64,000 bases of DNA from Chrysomallon squamiferum (Eukaryota > Animalia > Mollusca): contig CM022665.1 in assembly GCA_012295275.1 (NCBI GenBank), forward strand, positions 23,064,001 through 23,128,000. Reading direction: 5' to 3'. A model generated the notes under the pieces. That model saw nothing but the letters and a program-made list of their open reading frames with translations, searched no databases and was not told the origin of the DNA. The translations under genes and the position numbers were made by a program. Numbering within the stretch: the stretch's first letter is position 1; each line of letters starts with the position of its first letter. Positions 11,679-25,846 of this stretch are shown here, one piece after another.

Positions 11679-13387
11679 TGTTCCGGTTTTATTTCTGTCT
11701 TAATCAAAGGTTAAAGAATTTTCAGGACTAACAAAGAAAATATTAATGAGAGTGCAAAATTACAAAATTATAAGTATTATTTCAAGAAATGTGCATTATT
11801 CTAAAATATTTAAAAATCAAATCTAACTTAATAGGAGATTCATAAAATTTCTCTGTTCATTTCGCAGTAAAAACTCATTTTGAACACGATTATTTGTGAT
11901 ATTGTTATGATGTAATCACTTAAAGAACTAATCATTTTATTTGAATTATTAAGAAGATAATTGTAATAATTTATAAACCAAAATCACTTTTAATTTTATT
12001 ATTATTATTATTATTATTATTTTATTATTATTACTATTATTATTATTTTATTATTTTTTCATTGATTTCTTATTCTTTTTTAAAAAATAAAAAAAATTCT
12101 CTTTTAAATGACAGCAGACAAAGTGCTTAAATTTTTTGAAAACATCAATAAATAAATTAACAAGAAAATATAACTTTACCTCCAGATCAAAACTAAAATC
12201 TGATTTTGCTTAAAAACGTTTAAAAGATAATAATAATAAAACACTGCTCTTTAACACGCTGGACTCAGAAACCGTTTGTCGTATGGGAATAACGTTTCTC
12301 GTGGGATTCGACTAACGCTTTCTTAATTAGTTACAACATTCTTTCGTTTAAGCCCTCGGTCTTGGATCATTTCGTGTGTATCAGTAACCAGAGTAAATTT
12401 CAATTCAACGTTCTAGCTGCAAGTCGCCAGTTAATCATTTCTAACTAATTTACGCCTCGCACAGTCACGATCTGAAGAAGCCATCACTCGACTAAATTAT
12501 CGCGAAGACGACATCGCTCTGACGGTTTGCAACCAATGCAAATAGTGTAATAGATGGCGATATTTCCGATGTTGATTCTCCATGAAACGCATCCAATTCT
12601 TCATTCATTTTACCTTAATTTCAGGCCAATGATACACATTCTGAATCTCAAGATGTTCTCCTGTGTAAATATCGTTTTTTGTTAATGAGGACTTTGATAT
12701 TCTACTTGAGGTAGAAAAATCGTTGAACATTTCTGCGTGGCTTTCGGAGCGACTTCCTCTCGGCCACATGAGGAAATTAGCATACACAAAGTTAACACAA
12801 CTGATTGCCACATCGAGGCAGTTTATCCACACAAAAGCGTGCTTGACGGTGAAACGTCATTGATTTTTCATTTTTAATCATTGGCCTTCAAGCGCCGTTA
12901 CAATAGCTTCATTTATATAACTGCCGAAGCGTCTGGGCAAATTTGTAACACTTGAATATGTAATAAGATGTGGACAGTACTAGAGAGGAAACCAGAACGC
13001 TACCAGACACACTGTAATTTAAACAAATTCTTGTATTACAATTAAGCGGTATTTCTTTACATGGATATAATACTGGACAAGGAAGATTGAGATATTACCG
13101 GATCGAAACCCGTTCGTCGCACGCTTTTTCTCTCCATATTACTTTTATTCAATGGGCCTGATTATATGCACACAATACACAGAAAAGTAAAAGGAATAAA
13201 GAGTAGAAAAGAAAATGCATATACTTTTCAAATTAACTATTACTAATCGACCTAGAACGATGTCTATTAACTCCACAATCAGTCGAAACTGCAATAACAA
13301 AAACTATAACCATTTTAGTAATTATTATTACTCTTCTTCATACTATTATTATTATTATTATTATTATTATTGTTATTATTATTGCAG

Positions 13388-13670
13388 GCTACATCGAAAA
13401 ACCTCAGAAGAACAGAAACGTGGGTCAGAGTCGCTCCATTCGCCGAACGAAAGTACATCTAAAGACCACTACATACCACACGAATCCTCTGCCATCAACA
13501 CGGACTCTTTCTCGGATTCGGATGACGACGATGACATGTTTGATTCGCGTAGTAATACAAGTTCCTCGTCACCGAGAACCGCGGAACAGAGAGCGGATGT
13601 GACGGAACATCCAGTGGATAATTCTGGGACACTAGACTTGTCTACCAAATTTAGACCTTTTGAAACATGA
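13388..13670 (+). CDS. Six3/6: Six3/6 copy A, exon 2 (Ser/Asp-rich C-terminal tail, stop TGA 13668-13670)
   Basis: The acceptor TGCAG|G at 13387 completes the split codon AG|G (Arg) in phase 2, giving KNR-LHRKTSEEQ..., similar to the KNRL junction of known Six3 proteins. The reading frame is open and complex, flanked by low-complexity DNA. Total CDS 614+283=897 nt, 298 aa. Confidence 0.85.
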
Positions 13671-14004
13671 AATATAAAAGTATTTTCTATGAAAATTGAA
13701 CAGTGACATGAATCTCACGATATCGCAAAGTCAGTAAATTACAGACTTTTCCTCAGCTCAGATGTTTTGTATTGTAATGCATGTTGATAATTAGGTGCGT
13801 AGTAAAGTAATCAACCAGTCCATTTTATTGTAACTTACATTTGAAAACGTTAATGATGTTATTTGTTATTTCGGTGTGAAATACAAAGTTGTTTTTTTGG
13901 TACAGTGTTTTATTTTGAGTTGTTTTTCTCCCCAGTTATATATACTCCTACACACACTCCTTTTCTCAAACCTTAGTGATATCTAAATATTGTATAATTA
14001 TAGC

Positions 14005-14010
14005 AATAAA
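14005..14010 (+). terminator. Candidate polyadenylation signal of copy A
   Basis: First canonical AATAAA after the stop codon. A variant AATACA near 13880, followed by a GT-rich tract, is an alternative. AATAAA is very common in this AT-rich DNA. Confidence 0.3.
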
Positions 14011-14230
14011 CTAATTTATGAAAAATATTTACTTGCACCAGTGAAAGAAAGAGAAAAATAAAGGAGAACGAGAAATAAAGATAAAGGAGAGAGAGAGAAA
14101 GAGAAAGGCAAAGAACTGAAGAAATTAAAAAAAAAGTTAAAAAGTTAAAAAAATAAAAATAAAAATAAAGAATCAAAAACAAACTTACGAACAAATACGT
14201 ACATAAATGATGACGATGATGATGATAATA

Positions 14231-14267
<37 letters not shown>

Positions 14268-14491
14268 GTAATAATAATTAAATTGTTAAAATTAACAACA
14301 AAACCGGATAAAAGTTAAAGAATACAATATTCTAGAGACGCACTGGTTCCTATTTGTAATTGAAAACATTTATGCAAATTTATATTACATATTCTGCTGG
14401 GTTCTGTTTTCTGTGACTCTTTAATCAGCCACTATCCTAAGCAGATGTATACACAGATATTCATACAAGATTATATCACACACACACACAT

Positions 14492-14544
<53 letters not shown>

Positions 14545-15852
14545 AGTACACAGTTAAATTTAAAACGCCACAATGAAATAAAAAGAAAACAACAACAACA
14601 ACAATAATTTGTTTTATTTAATATCAAAACTTATTACTGATGTACACATTTTACATCACTTCTGGTAGTCATCGACTAGTAAACGGTCTGTTAAGGGAGA
14701 TAATTTCAAAAAAGATTTATATATATATATATTTTTTTTTTTTTACGCCGCTGTTGATCAATAAAATAATCTGCTGGAACCAGACATATAAATACAAGCG
14801 TAAGTCTTTACTGTATGAAGGATCTGTCAGCAGGTTAACGACTTTTTACGTTTTACGTAAAAGTTTAGCATAATTATTGGTTGTATAAATAAACAGATAA
14901 AATCAAACGTACTGCAGTCTGGAACATATTCGTCAAGATACTCGAATAACGTGACAAAAAATTAGCAGCCTGAACTTTCAAATATTTCTTCAATTTAATC
15001 AAAAATGATTAATCGGAAATCTATGTAAACTGAAATAACTGGGCGTACAAAAAGAACGATTATCAAAAGCTTAGGTGTATTTTTTGTTTGTTTATTTATT
15101 TGTTTTTCTTTTCTTTGGTTTACCTTTGTAGAGCAGGACAAATATTACTGAACGCGCTGTCACATATATATATATATTGGTGCACTGAAGTAATACTAAA
15201 ATATTCAAGCAGGCGTTACAGAAAATAATAAAAGATAGGAAATTAAAATGTTCATTAGTGACAGACTATGACAACGATAACAAAAACAACAACAGCAGTG
15301 ATAATGATGATGAAGAAGAAAGAAAGCAAGAAGGTAATGATCAGAATCTGTTAATAGCGAAGATGATGACAGAACACATTTAAAATATTTAACGTATAAT
15401 GTAAGATAAACAAAGCGTGAATAATAACGTTTCACAAACAGCTACTACTGCTACTATTACAACAACAACAACAACAACTACAACAACAACAACAACAACA
15501 ACTACTACTACTACTAATAATAATAATAATAATAACAATACATCAAGTAACATAACCTACTACTGCTACTACTAAAGGTACCACCAACACCTAATAACAA
15601 ATGCAATGGTAATAATAAACTATCTTTGAAGTAGTAATCCGAGAAATTCAGTAACAAAAGGAATCATGGCAGTGTAGCATATTTTGTTTCATATATGAGG
15701 CAGTCGTTGGAGAAGTCGAAATAAATATTTTTGCAGAGATTAAACATGAAAGATTGTACTTCATCTTGCCTTTGTTTCAAGATTATGCATGGATAAATTA
15801 TGTTTGAAAACAACCAAAGCAATATAAAAATTATTCAACAAAATCAGTAACG

Positions 15853-15853
<1 letters not shown>

Positions 15854-15896
<43 letters not shown>

Positions 15897-15912
15897 CAAA
15901 TAAATAAATATG

Positions 15913-15951
<39 letters not shown>

Positions 15952-15973
15952 ACAAACAAACAAATAAATAAAT
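15854..15973. repeat. (TAAA)n microsatellite
   Basis: Directly visible. Confidence 0.93.
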
Positions 15974-17140
15974 ATATAAAAAAGTAAATAAATTAAGCAA
16001 ACGTCTTAAATTAATGTTCTCTCATAATAATCATCTCAGTTTGATTAATTTCCAAGTTTCTATTATTAGATTATTTTTAATTTATTTGTATATGTATTGT
16101 ATATTGTTTTTTGCGCGAACCCTTTTCTGTGATCACCGAATTAACAAAGTAATATTAGTAAATAAAAGAGTAATATTAATAATATGTATTTGTGAATGTT
16201 TGCTCATTATATGGTAAACAGGACTCCGAAATTATATTTTCTATTTAGTTTAGTTTTATTTAAGTCTAGTTTAATTTATTTTAGCTAAGTAAGTTTCTTT
16301 AGTTATTATTTTGTTATTTCTAAATTTTTAGACTGGAATCTGTTATTCACTGTGTGTGTTCTACCTCTCTGTTTCTTTTGTTAAAAAAAAAAGAGTAAAA
16401 ATAAAATAAAATAAAAAGAAGAAAAACAATAAAAACAAAAAAGACCACTCCGAAAAAAAAAAAAATAATAATAAAAATAAAAAATCTTTAACCACCACCC
16501 CCTAAAAGAAACCCCAAAACAACAAAAACATAATAGCTAAAAAAAATAAAAATCTCTTGAAAAACAAAACAAACAAAACTTTTATATAAAAATAGTCTTA
16601 GCAAGGCTACAGCGATTTACAACATACTAAATGTTTGATCACTTTATGCCTGTCCATTATTCAAGCATTAGTCAATTATAGGTTTGTTGACAAGGCAATT
16701 TACTGGTAAATCATTTCACGAAAGCAGGATATTAGTCGGTTAATTATGTACGTATCTCAGCTTTGGTCAGTACGTTTTGTCACGTAAATCAGCCATGCGT
16801 ACATCCACGTATTAGACTCTTGGATTATTTTATGATATACGTATATTGTAAAGCGAACATAAAAAAAAAAAAAAAAAAAAAAATGTTGAGAATACATATG
16901 TTCATCCTAATATATATATATTTAAAAGAGTACTAATGTAAAATGTTTATTATAAATAGTGAATATTTTTAATGAGTATAATTTTATTATTAAATGCATA
17001 TATATATATATATGGGTGTCAGTGTGTATTTATTTCTACTGTATCTATTTTTAGATCTTCAGTACAACTATACTGCTCCACTTTAATCGTTCTCAGTTTT
17101 TGAACAATTTTCATTTAATAATAAAATTATACTCATTAAA

Positions 17141-17191
<51 letters not shown>

Positions 17192-18088
17192 TTTTTGTGT
17201 ACGTATGCTTGCTTTTGTGTGAGAGAAATTTTGAGAAAAGGGGCAGAAGCAGAGGCTGATGACTTTGACAAACCAACAGACTGACAAGGCAGACAACCAG
17301 ACAGGCGAAAAACACAATTTCCTTTCAGCTTACATACATCTTTGTTTTATCGAAAACATTTCGCTGCCATTTCGTCGTTGAGAAACTTTATGTCTCCCCT
17401 AGAATAATAAATAATTAAACCATGCGATTAGTTTACCAAATTACTTCCGAGAAAGAAATAGCGCATTAGGTTTTAAAGATTAAAGAAAGATCTTATCTCT
17501 TCTTTTACAATGTATTTTACTTTACCAATTACTGAGAAGGGAAGATAACCTATGCCAGTCAGTGTATCCCAACTGGCCCCTCCCACCCAGAAAGCCGCAT
17601 GTGTGGCGCTCATATCAACCACTTGCATGCCGTGTATGAAAAAAAAAAAAAAAAAAAAAAAATTAGAAAAATATCGAGTATCGATTTAAACAAGTCATAG
17701 ATTTCTTGATGAACGTGCAAAAGTGAAGCTGCTACCACCCAGAGAGAGCGTCAGATTCTGATTACCGCTGTCAGAAGCTAGAAACTGTCGAGTTTCAAGG
17801 TTTTGACCACCCTGAAGTTTACCAGAATTAAAGACTTTATAATTTTATACTAATCACTGCAGTGCATCGTTAATTAACCAATTAAGGAATGTTTTCTCGA
17901 GTTCAAATATCATCAAGCATTAAGGTTTTCACCTCGACGTTTTCCTGTTACACTTTATTTTGTAATTAACTAAAAAAAAAAAAAAAAAAATGAGAAAATG
18001 AAAATGAGAAAAAAAGAAAAATGAGAAAGTAAAAAAAATATTGATATGAGATAATCGGTGATAAGAAACAAACACACACACAAACAAA

Positions 18089-18091
<3 letters not shown>

Positions 18092-18180
<89 letters not shown>
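18092..18180. repeat. (GA)n microsatellite
   Basis: Directly visible pure array. Confidence 0.97.
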
Positions 18181-18183
<3 letters not shown>

Positions 18184-20140
18184 ATTTTCTAAACCTTAAT
18201 TATCAATAATTATTTTCTGCTTATTATTAGTAGTATTATTTTATTTTTAAATAAAATGTGAAAATCGCAAAGAAATCAGTAGCTTTAATTTTGTTAATTT
18301 ACGAAAAAGTTTGTTTTGTTTCGAAACAACAAATGTATCTAATAAATGCACATGATTTAATACTAGACTCAAACGAATTCGTTTGTTAAAATTCAGAGTA
18401 AATGCTAGACTGGAAAAACAGTTACAGTGAGCAATTTCAGTCACGAGTGCTCACTGGTCACTTGTCTTTTTATAATACTGCAATAGGAAATATTTTGCAA
18501 AAGTCCCAAGTTTAACACGATACAGAGAACTATTAGCGTGTGTTCACTGGGTTATGTAAACCTATTTGACAGGCCTTAACATATGTTCAAGAACACGGAT
18601 TTTCACATTTTCCAAATATTGATAACAAAAGTTGTTAAACTCTTCTCGGAGAAGAAACCAAATATTGCGCAGATATCTCTCTTTCGTCTCGAGATAACAA
18701 ACAACCTATGCGGTGAACATGAAATGAAAAAAACAAAACAAATTCGAGTGAGAGAATAAAAACTAAAATAAAGATCCCGTTTATCACATGCTTTAGATGC
18801 AGGCTGCTGTATTTGGTATCAAAACATATTCAACGATGACACTTGTTGTTTGTTGTGTTGGCTCAGCTCTTAGTTTTGAGCTTGTTTTCCTACACTGACA
18901 AGCGTCTGGACAGGCAACTCACAATATTGCTCGCGCATGTGTGGTTTGTTTTAGTTGTAAAGTAGTTTCCACAGTGTTTTGCTCTTGGTGTGTTTATTTT
19001 GCAGAGTACGCGGTATCAGTTTGGATTTCATCGAGTCGTATGGGCTTCTCGTGGCTCATCCTACATAAATATCAGACGAATAAATACTCTGATACCTGTC
19101 TTAGAAATGTCTGGCAAATAAAAACACTGAATCTACAGCGGGCCTGCTTGAACTAGGATTTTGATGGAAGCATGCTAAATAGTACCCATACGAAGAAACT
19201 AAAATATTAGATGGGTCCAATAAATCAACGTAATAATCGAGTCAAACCTATGAAACAAGTCTGTCAGTCTGTACAGGTATAACCGCGCAATGGAAAAAAA
19301 AACATGCTGATGATAGTTCAGTGACCAGTAGAATTCACTGGCCTTGATGGCGCTTCAGACTTTATTTTCAGGATCATAACACGGTGTTCCTACTTTAGAG
19401 TAAAATTGTAATTCATCATTAACCCTCTAATTTGTTAACCATATTTCTGTATAAAGAATTCGAGGCCCATATCGATTTTACTCGAAATCGCGATTGAAAC
19501 AAGATCAAAGATTAATTCATTTTCCATCTTGAAAGGCGCAAGATTCGTTGAAAAATCAGCAGTTGGAGGTACGCTTTGTTCATTACATTAAACGCTGCTG
19601 CAATTCAAAACCGGACAAATGTTTAGTTCTGATTCTTTCTGCTTCATTTTCATGCTGTTATTCACTGACTTTCCATGTGAACAAACAGCTAGTCAATTAA
19701 CACACACGCGTTAACAACCAGCGAAAAAAAGTTTTCCCCTGAAATGACCTGTTTTCGTGGTCCTCCCATTGCTGCCCATTAGACGATTTCTATGCATTTC
19801 GTCCATGTTTCGTTCAACAATGGGCGTGAAAGAGTTGAATTTATTAAAATGTAGGTAATCATCATTAACAATGTCTATTTTAATGATAACTCTGTCGTGC
19901 TGTGTTTAATACGTGTTCGTCAGTTACAGTTCGAAAAACACGTCATTACTGCGGCAAAATGCGATTAATGATTAATTTTCTATATAATCAAACTAGATTT
20001 AATAATGTTTCGGCCATCCGAATTACTTGTAGGTTAGCTATATTGTATCTCTGTTTTAAACGCTCTGTCCAGATGGGGTTTTTAGTTTTGAAGTGAAATT
20101 TTAAATAAAGGAAAGACGAATAAAGATATGGAAGTAAATA

Positions 20141-20185
<45 letters not shown>

Positions 20186-20205
20186 AACAACAAGATAAAC
20201 ACGAC

Positions 20206-20264
<59 letters not shown>

Positions 20265-23200
20265 GGAGTAAGACGAACAAGAAAAGTACTCGTACTGTTT
20301 CACACTTAGTTTCACATTTGGTGCTCTATCCAGTCTCCAGCAATAAATAAATAAAATAAAAATACCTATATTATTGTAATATAGACTATTGACACACACA
20401 CACACCAGCGGAGAAACTTGTTTTAGTACAAAACGTCGGTAACAGTTAACAAAAGGTAAACAGAAACATACGGAGTTGAGGATGTAGCAGAGCATTATTT
20501 AAAATTCTTCTGCAATAGCGTGCACAGTTTCACACGTAAACACTGACACTGCTCACCAAAGTTTTCATACAAACGCATAAAAGTAAAACTATCTTGATAT
20601 CTTTCTTTACCAGCAGTCAGTGGGGGGTTGTCAAAAAGCCGTGTAGTTAAGATCATAATTCGTGAATTCCCGTGACTCAGGGTTGCATACCGAACTCTCG
20701 TAAAATGACGCCATTGTTCCTGTGACAGTCGCGGAGCTCTTCACTGCTGAAGTCAGTTTTTTTTTTTTTTTTTTTTTTGGTATAGAGGCTACTGCTTGGT
20801 CTCTCTCTCGCTCTCTCATACGTCTGATAGCAATCATCAGTTTGATAGAAGGATTTGTACCCGTTTCACCGGCCTCAATTCAGACGTAAATAGGACTTGT
20901 TGTCAGTGGGAATTGTCTTCTTTTCAACGCAGTGTTCTTGTCAACTGATCATGTTCATTGATTCAGCAAGTCGGCGCTGGGTTCAAGGCCCTTGACAACG
21001 CTTGACGAAAAAGGGCCGTAATAACATAGCTGGTTAGTCGCTAGCTAAAGCATTCATAAGTGATCAAAATATAAAAAGAGTCAGCCTAATTTGACGTTAA
21101 TATTCCTCAATTTCCTTCCGAGAATTAGTGTCAAATCAGAAGAAGAAAAAATATGACTGGATATTTTTTCTTTACTTTATATTGGACTCAATGTAAACGT
21201 TTATCAGTGGGATCGGTTAAGATTGGGAGGTGTCTGTTATGAATATGAATATAAAATATTACTTACAAATCTCTGAGTGGTCTCTTTAGATCAGTTCTTT
21301 TAATATTCGCGTATTCGTTATACTAAAGTAGAATCATCACGGAATGTAGTGATCATTACTGTATAGAAGAAATTAACTGTTAAATCGATGGATAAGTGAA
21401 CAGATGTATTGATGGGTGGGTGCTCAATGAAATCATATTTGAATAAAAAAGATATGGAAGAATGTACACAACTTTTGATATGCGATGAAATTAATTACAA
21501 AATGAAAACACCAAATGGAAAACAAAAATTAATTAAAATTCTTTTCTTTTCCACTCATGTGCCATTATTTATAATCTGATAATTATTTATATATATATTT
21601 TATTATTATTATTTTTTATTACCATCTAATTAGGGGTCAGTGTACAGCGGTTGTTTTGTTTTTCCTTCTTTTTCACAAACACAATTGGATAAGCCGATAA
21701 TGTCTTCATTTACTGCTTACAAAATATTAGTACAGCAATGTCGACATACTGAATGCGATCTTAAGATAGCTATTTAGACAGATGAAAATACTACAATCTG
21801 GACGAAAAAGACCTGAAGCATTTTCAAAGTGCTTGACTATGTAACAGGTAATGTCTCATGTATCTTTAGTTACATAAACCATTTGGAAGTGATAATTGAA
21901 AAACATTATAACCAGCATGTTGCCGAGTGTTACAGCGTGAAGTCGATGGCTTGAAGGAAGTCATCACTTTAATGCGCTTGAGGCAGCTCAGTAATTAACT
22001 CAAGTGAAATTTTCCTCATTTGTTTAGTACTCGTCTAATGAGCACAAGATAAACAGGGAAATGGCACTGATGGGGGTGGAAAAACGCAGTAGAGACTTTT
22101 TCTGCTCATTTCTCGAGCTTAAAAGAATAAAACAAATCATCTATTTTGATGAGGACGTCTACGGCTTTGATTGCTGTGTGAAACTGTTACATTTATTTGA
22201 TAAAGTTTCTGTTCTAAAATTTATATGTAGGCAGTAATATAGTTTTATGTTTTCTTTGACTATTTTATTGCGTTCTCTTTTTCGATACGTCCATATCACT
22301 GAATCTTTAACTTAAACTGTGTCATAGTATGTTCGTAAAAAAGATGTCCAGTTTATCCATACATCCTTTTATGATTCTTTATATGTATGTATACTGGTGT
22401 ATCACCATGCGATGATATTTTTTGTGTTTTCTTAAATGTAAAAGACATGAAAATTCTTTTTTACACAGATTAAAATATGGTTTGTTCTAGCCGTTAGTTA
22501 AAATTTCACATAATGCCGTTAACGAGAAAAGTGAATAATATCGTACAGTTTGGCCTTTGTTCTCCGCAGATGGTGTTCACTCAAGCCGCGATCTTCTAAA
22601 TCAGTGAAGCTATCACGAAAGATTATTGAATTAGCTTTACTTGCAAAATATCATTACATTCAAGATGACATGAGCGTTAAAGGGATCTTTGTCTCCAGGA
22701 CTGCACCGTATAAAGACCGAGCTGCCCAATTTAATCAGAGTCATCCCAAGTTGCACCAAAATTGGCCGAACTCAGCCGCATTTTCGATTTTTTACTAGAG
22801 AAGCGTAAACGTTACTTATTTAAAAAAGAAAAATAAAAAAAAAAAATCTGTTTTTAGATTGGTGTTATCTGTTATTCTGCGATTGTAATAACTTATAATT
22901 ATTGTTATTGCTGTTGTCGTTTTTCTTAAATATGCATGTATATATAAATATATTTCGCCTCAAATACTCAGTTGTATATTTATCAGAAGACATATATTAT
23001 ATAGTTACAATCATAAAAATATAGAGAAGAAATATACGGGTGAGTCACAGAGTTTAACTAGTATTATTTCTAACCTGTCAAAAGCAAACTGGGATAACCA
23101 ATTGAAAAGAAAACTTCAGAAATATTTTATAGCGAAAAACAAATATTATTAAAAATGCATTTAGTTTTTCATGTTGTGTAAACGACATTTGAATCAGTAA

Positions 23201-24110
23201 ACGGATTTCTTCTTACTATTATGTCTTCAGATTAAGTATGAAAGAATGGTGTTTTTAAATCATGTCTTTCATAAAAAAAAAAAAAAAAATGTAAAAACAA
23301 CTAGCAAATATTTTTATCAATCGGTAACCATTTAACATTAAGCAAAAACCTTCGAGCAAGGCTTGTTTTCGAGTCAGGCAATCAAATCAAAATACGTTGG
23401 ACAAGTCGAAAACAAAACTTGGCACATGATAGCAATTTGGCGCATGTGGAGCCCAAGTGCCCTCATCGCACGCCCAATCAGCCGCCAAATGGTGTTAAGA
23501 GTGTTCAAACTTTGTGTGAATACGAAAATTGAGGAGGTATGCCCCGGATCTTCGCCCACTAGGCTTAACGTTGTTAAGCGATGATAGTGCAATTGCTAAA
23601 TACTCTATCTGCTCCTATAATTGTATTTGGCGTTTCCATTTCCCTCTGATAGTATGGAGATCAGAATTAGTCTCACGTTTTCTAATTTGAAGCTCGAGGC
23701 TCAAGGCTGTGGAATGGTTTTCAAAAATTGCGCCCAAGTACTTTTTGCTGGTAAATCACACAGCGTCCATAGAGCGCAGGACTCAAACAAATGCATTGTG
23801 TTCATTTGGAAAACGATGCCGCCAGTATCAATTGCCTTGTTCTCAAACCTAGTAGTATTGATTGAGCAACATGAAATCAGATTTTCTGCATCTCCGCCAA
23901 ACACTCTGTGATCTCAGTCGCAGCCATCAGTATCAAAATCCGTGTAACAAACAGAATTATACACCCAACGTGAATCGATTTACACTTGAGAAAACGTTCT
24001 TTTCACTGAAACATTATGCGAAAAATGTGATTTTACGTTTGTCTGCCCAGGGCGAAACCTCTGCGTTGATATTTTCTAGAGGTATAAAGTATTAAGAAAA
24101 AACAAAAACA

Positions 24111-24141
<31 letters not shown>

Positions 24142-25273
24142 TACAAGTAATAATATACATACATACTTACTTACTGTGCATAATTCTGCTCGCATTTTAT
24201 TCATTCCAAACGATATTTGGTTTGCTAATTGAGTTTTTTTCTTTAGTTATAAAATACTCGATCTCTGAAACATTATTGCTTATCATAATATTAAAATTAT
24301 TTCCAACAAACTTAGGTTCGTATATGTAGAACTCGAAGGGCAGTTCGTGATTTTTATGTCCTAGATGGAATTTCTAACAGTAGAAGTAACTTATCGAATG
24401 GAAAAGTTTTCTTTTCATTTGATTATCGCAGTCTGTCGTAAATAATAATAATAATAATAATAAAAAGATGAAGAAGAAGAAGGCTAAGGACAACAACAGC
24501 AACAACAAATAGAGCAAGAATATATAAACTAGTAATAAATAAATATAATAAATATATAAATAAAAAAAAAAATAATAATAATAATAATACTAACAAAAAT
24601 AAAAGAAACTTAAATATTTATGACCTAAATTCAACACTATAAAACTGTACGGAAAATTTAAAAAAAAAAAATAATAATAATAATAATAATAAAAAAAATA
24701 AAACGCATACGACAATGTATTACGATTATTCACAGACGTATGCATAGCCTGAGTTAACCTCTCATGATTACCCTAACCTGGGAAATTTCTAGGATTACAG
24801 ACCTGAGAAAATATTTCGTGTAAACAACTGCAGGCGATTACAAGTCTTATACAAAAAAAAACTAACATGGTAATCGGTTACAATGAATTCATTTATAAGC
24901 CTATTTCTTTTTAGCTCTATTTTATAGCATGACATTGTGTTTACACCTGGAATGGAGAACGAATGTTTTGACATTTAGGGTCTCTCCAACGCAGATTGTT
25001 TGCACAGCCCAGTCAGGTGCAAGTAATAGACTTATATACGTATGTCTGTGAAGAGGTCGCAGCTTACAGAATTAATTTTCGTGTTAACCATGATAAACTA
25101 GGTGTTATTTAGAGATACACAGATTACAGAATTAAATTAAATAGAAGATTTAGGTTTTGCTTTTTGCTTTTTGTCAAAATGTTTACCATGAATTTATTCC
25201 CATTGAATAATTGAATTATATTCGTTGTTTATTTATTTATTTATTTATTTATTGAGAGTAGATTATTAATACA

Positions 25274-25331
<58 letters not shown>

Positions 25332-25774
25332 TATACATATACATCCACATTTATATATATATATATAAATAGGTAGACAGATATAGATATATACATATAT
25401 ACATACAAAAAAAATATATCTATAAATAAAATAGAAGAAAGAAACAGAAAACATTACAAGGGATAGTGTAAAGACAAATATAAATCAAACCTACCGAAAC
25501 AAAGAAATACAAATATTCTTTTATTTAATAGTTTAATATTTTAAGTCAATCGCTTTTCTCTTCTTACACGTTCCTGAAATTATTTAGCTTTTAGGATTTT
25601 AATATTTTTCTTGATAAACATGCTATGAGTTTTGTGGTATTTTATTTTCTACTTTAATTTTTCTTTTTAGTTTTTCAAATGAAGCTTTAATATATGCATA
25701 ATACTAAAGAGATAATGCATATATATATATCCCTATTGTCATCATCATAACCACTATAATGATAATTTTTATTA

Positions 25775-25793
25775 TTATTATTATTATTATTAT

Positions 25794-25843
<50 letters not shown>

Positions 25844-25846
25844 TTA
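25775..25846. repeat. (TAT)n-(TAC)n microsatellite
   Basis: Directly visible. Confidence 0.9.

Larger units (their letters stand above)
7104..13387 (+). other. Phase-2 GT-AG intron of Six3/6 copy A (6284 nt)
   Basis: GT at 7104-7105 and AG at 13386-13387. The reading frame is preserved across the junction. Confidence 0.83.

Noticed and set aside
23471-23490. CGCCCAATCAGCCGCCAAAT as the relic promoter of a third Six3/6 copy
   Set aside because: It resembles the shared promoter block only with a 4-nt gap, is explained by a generic CCAAT box, and no Six-like coding remnant follows.
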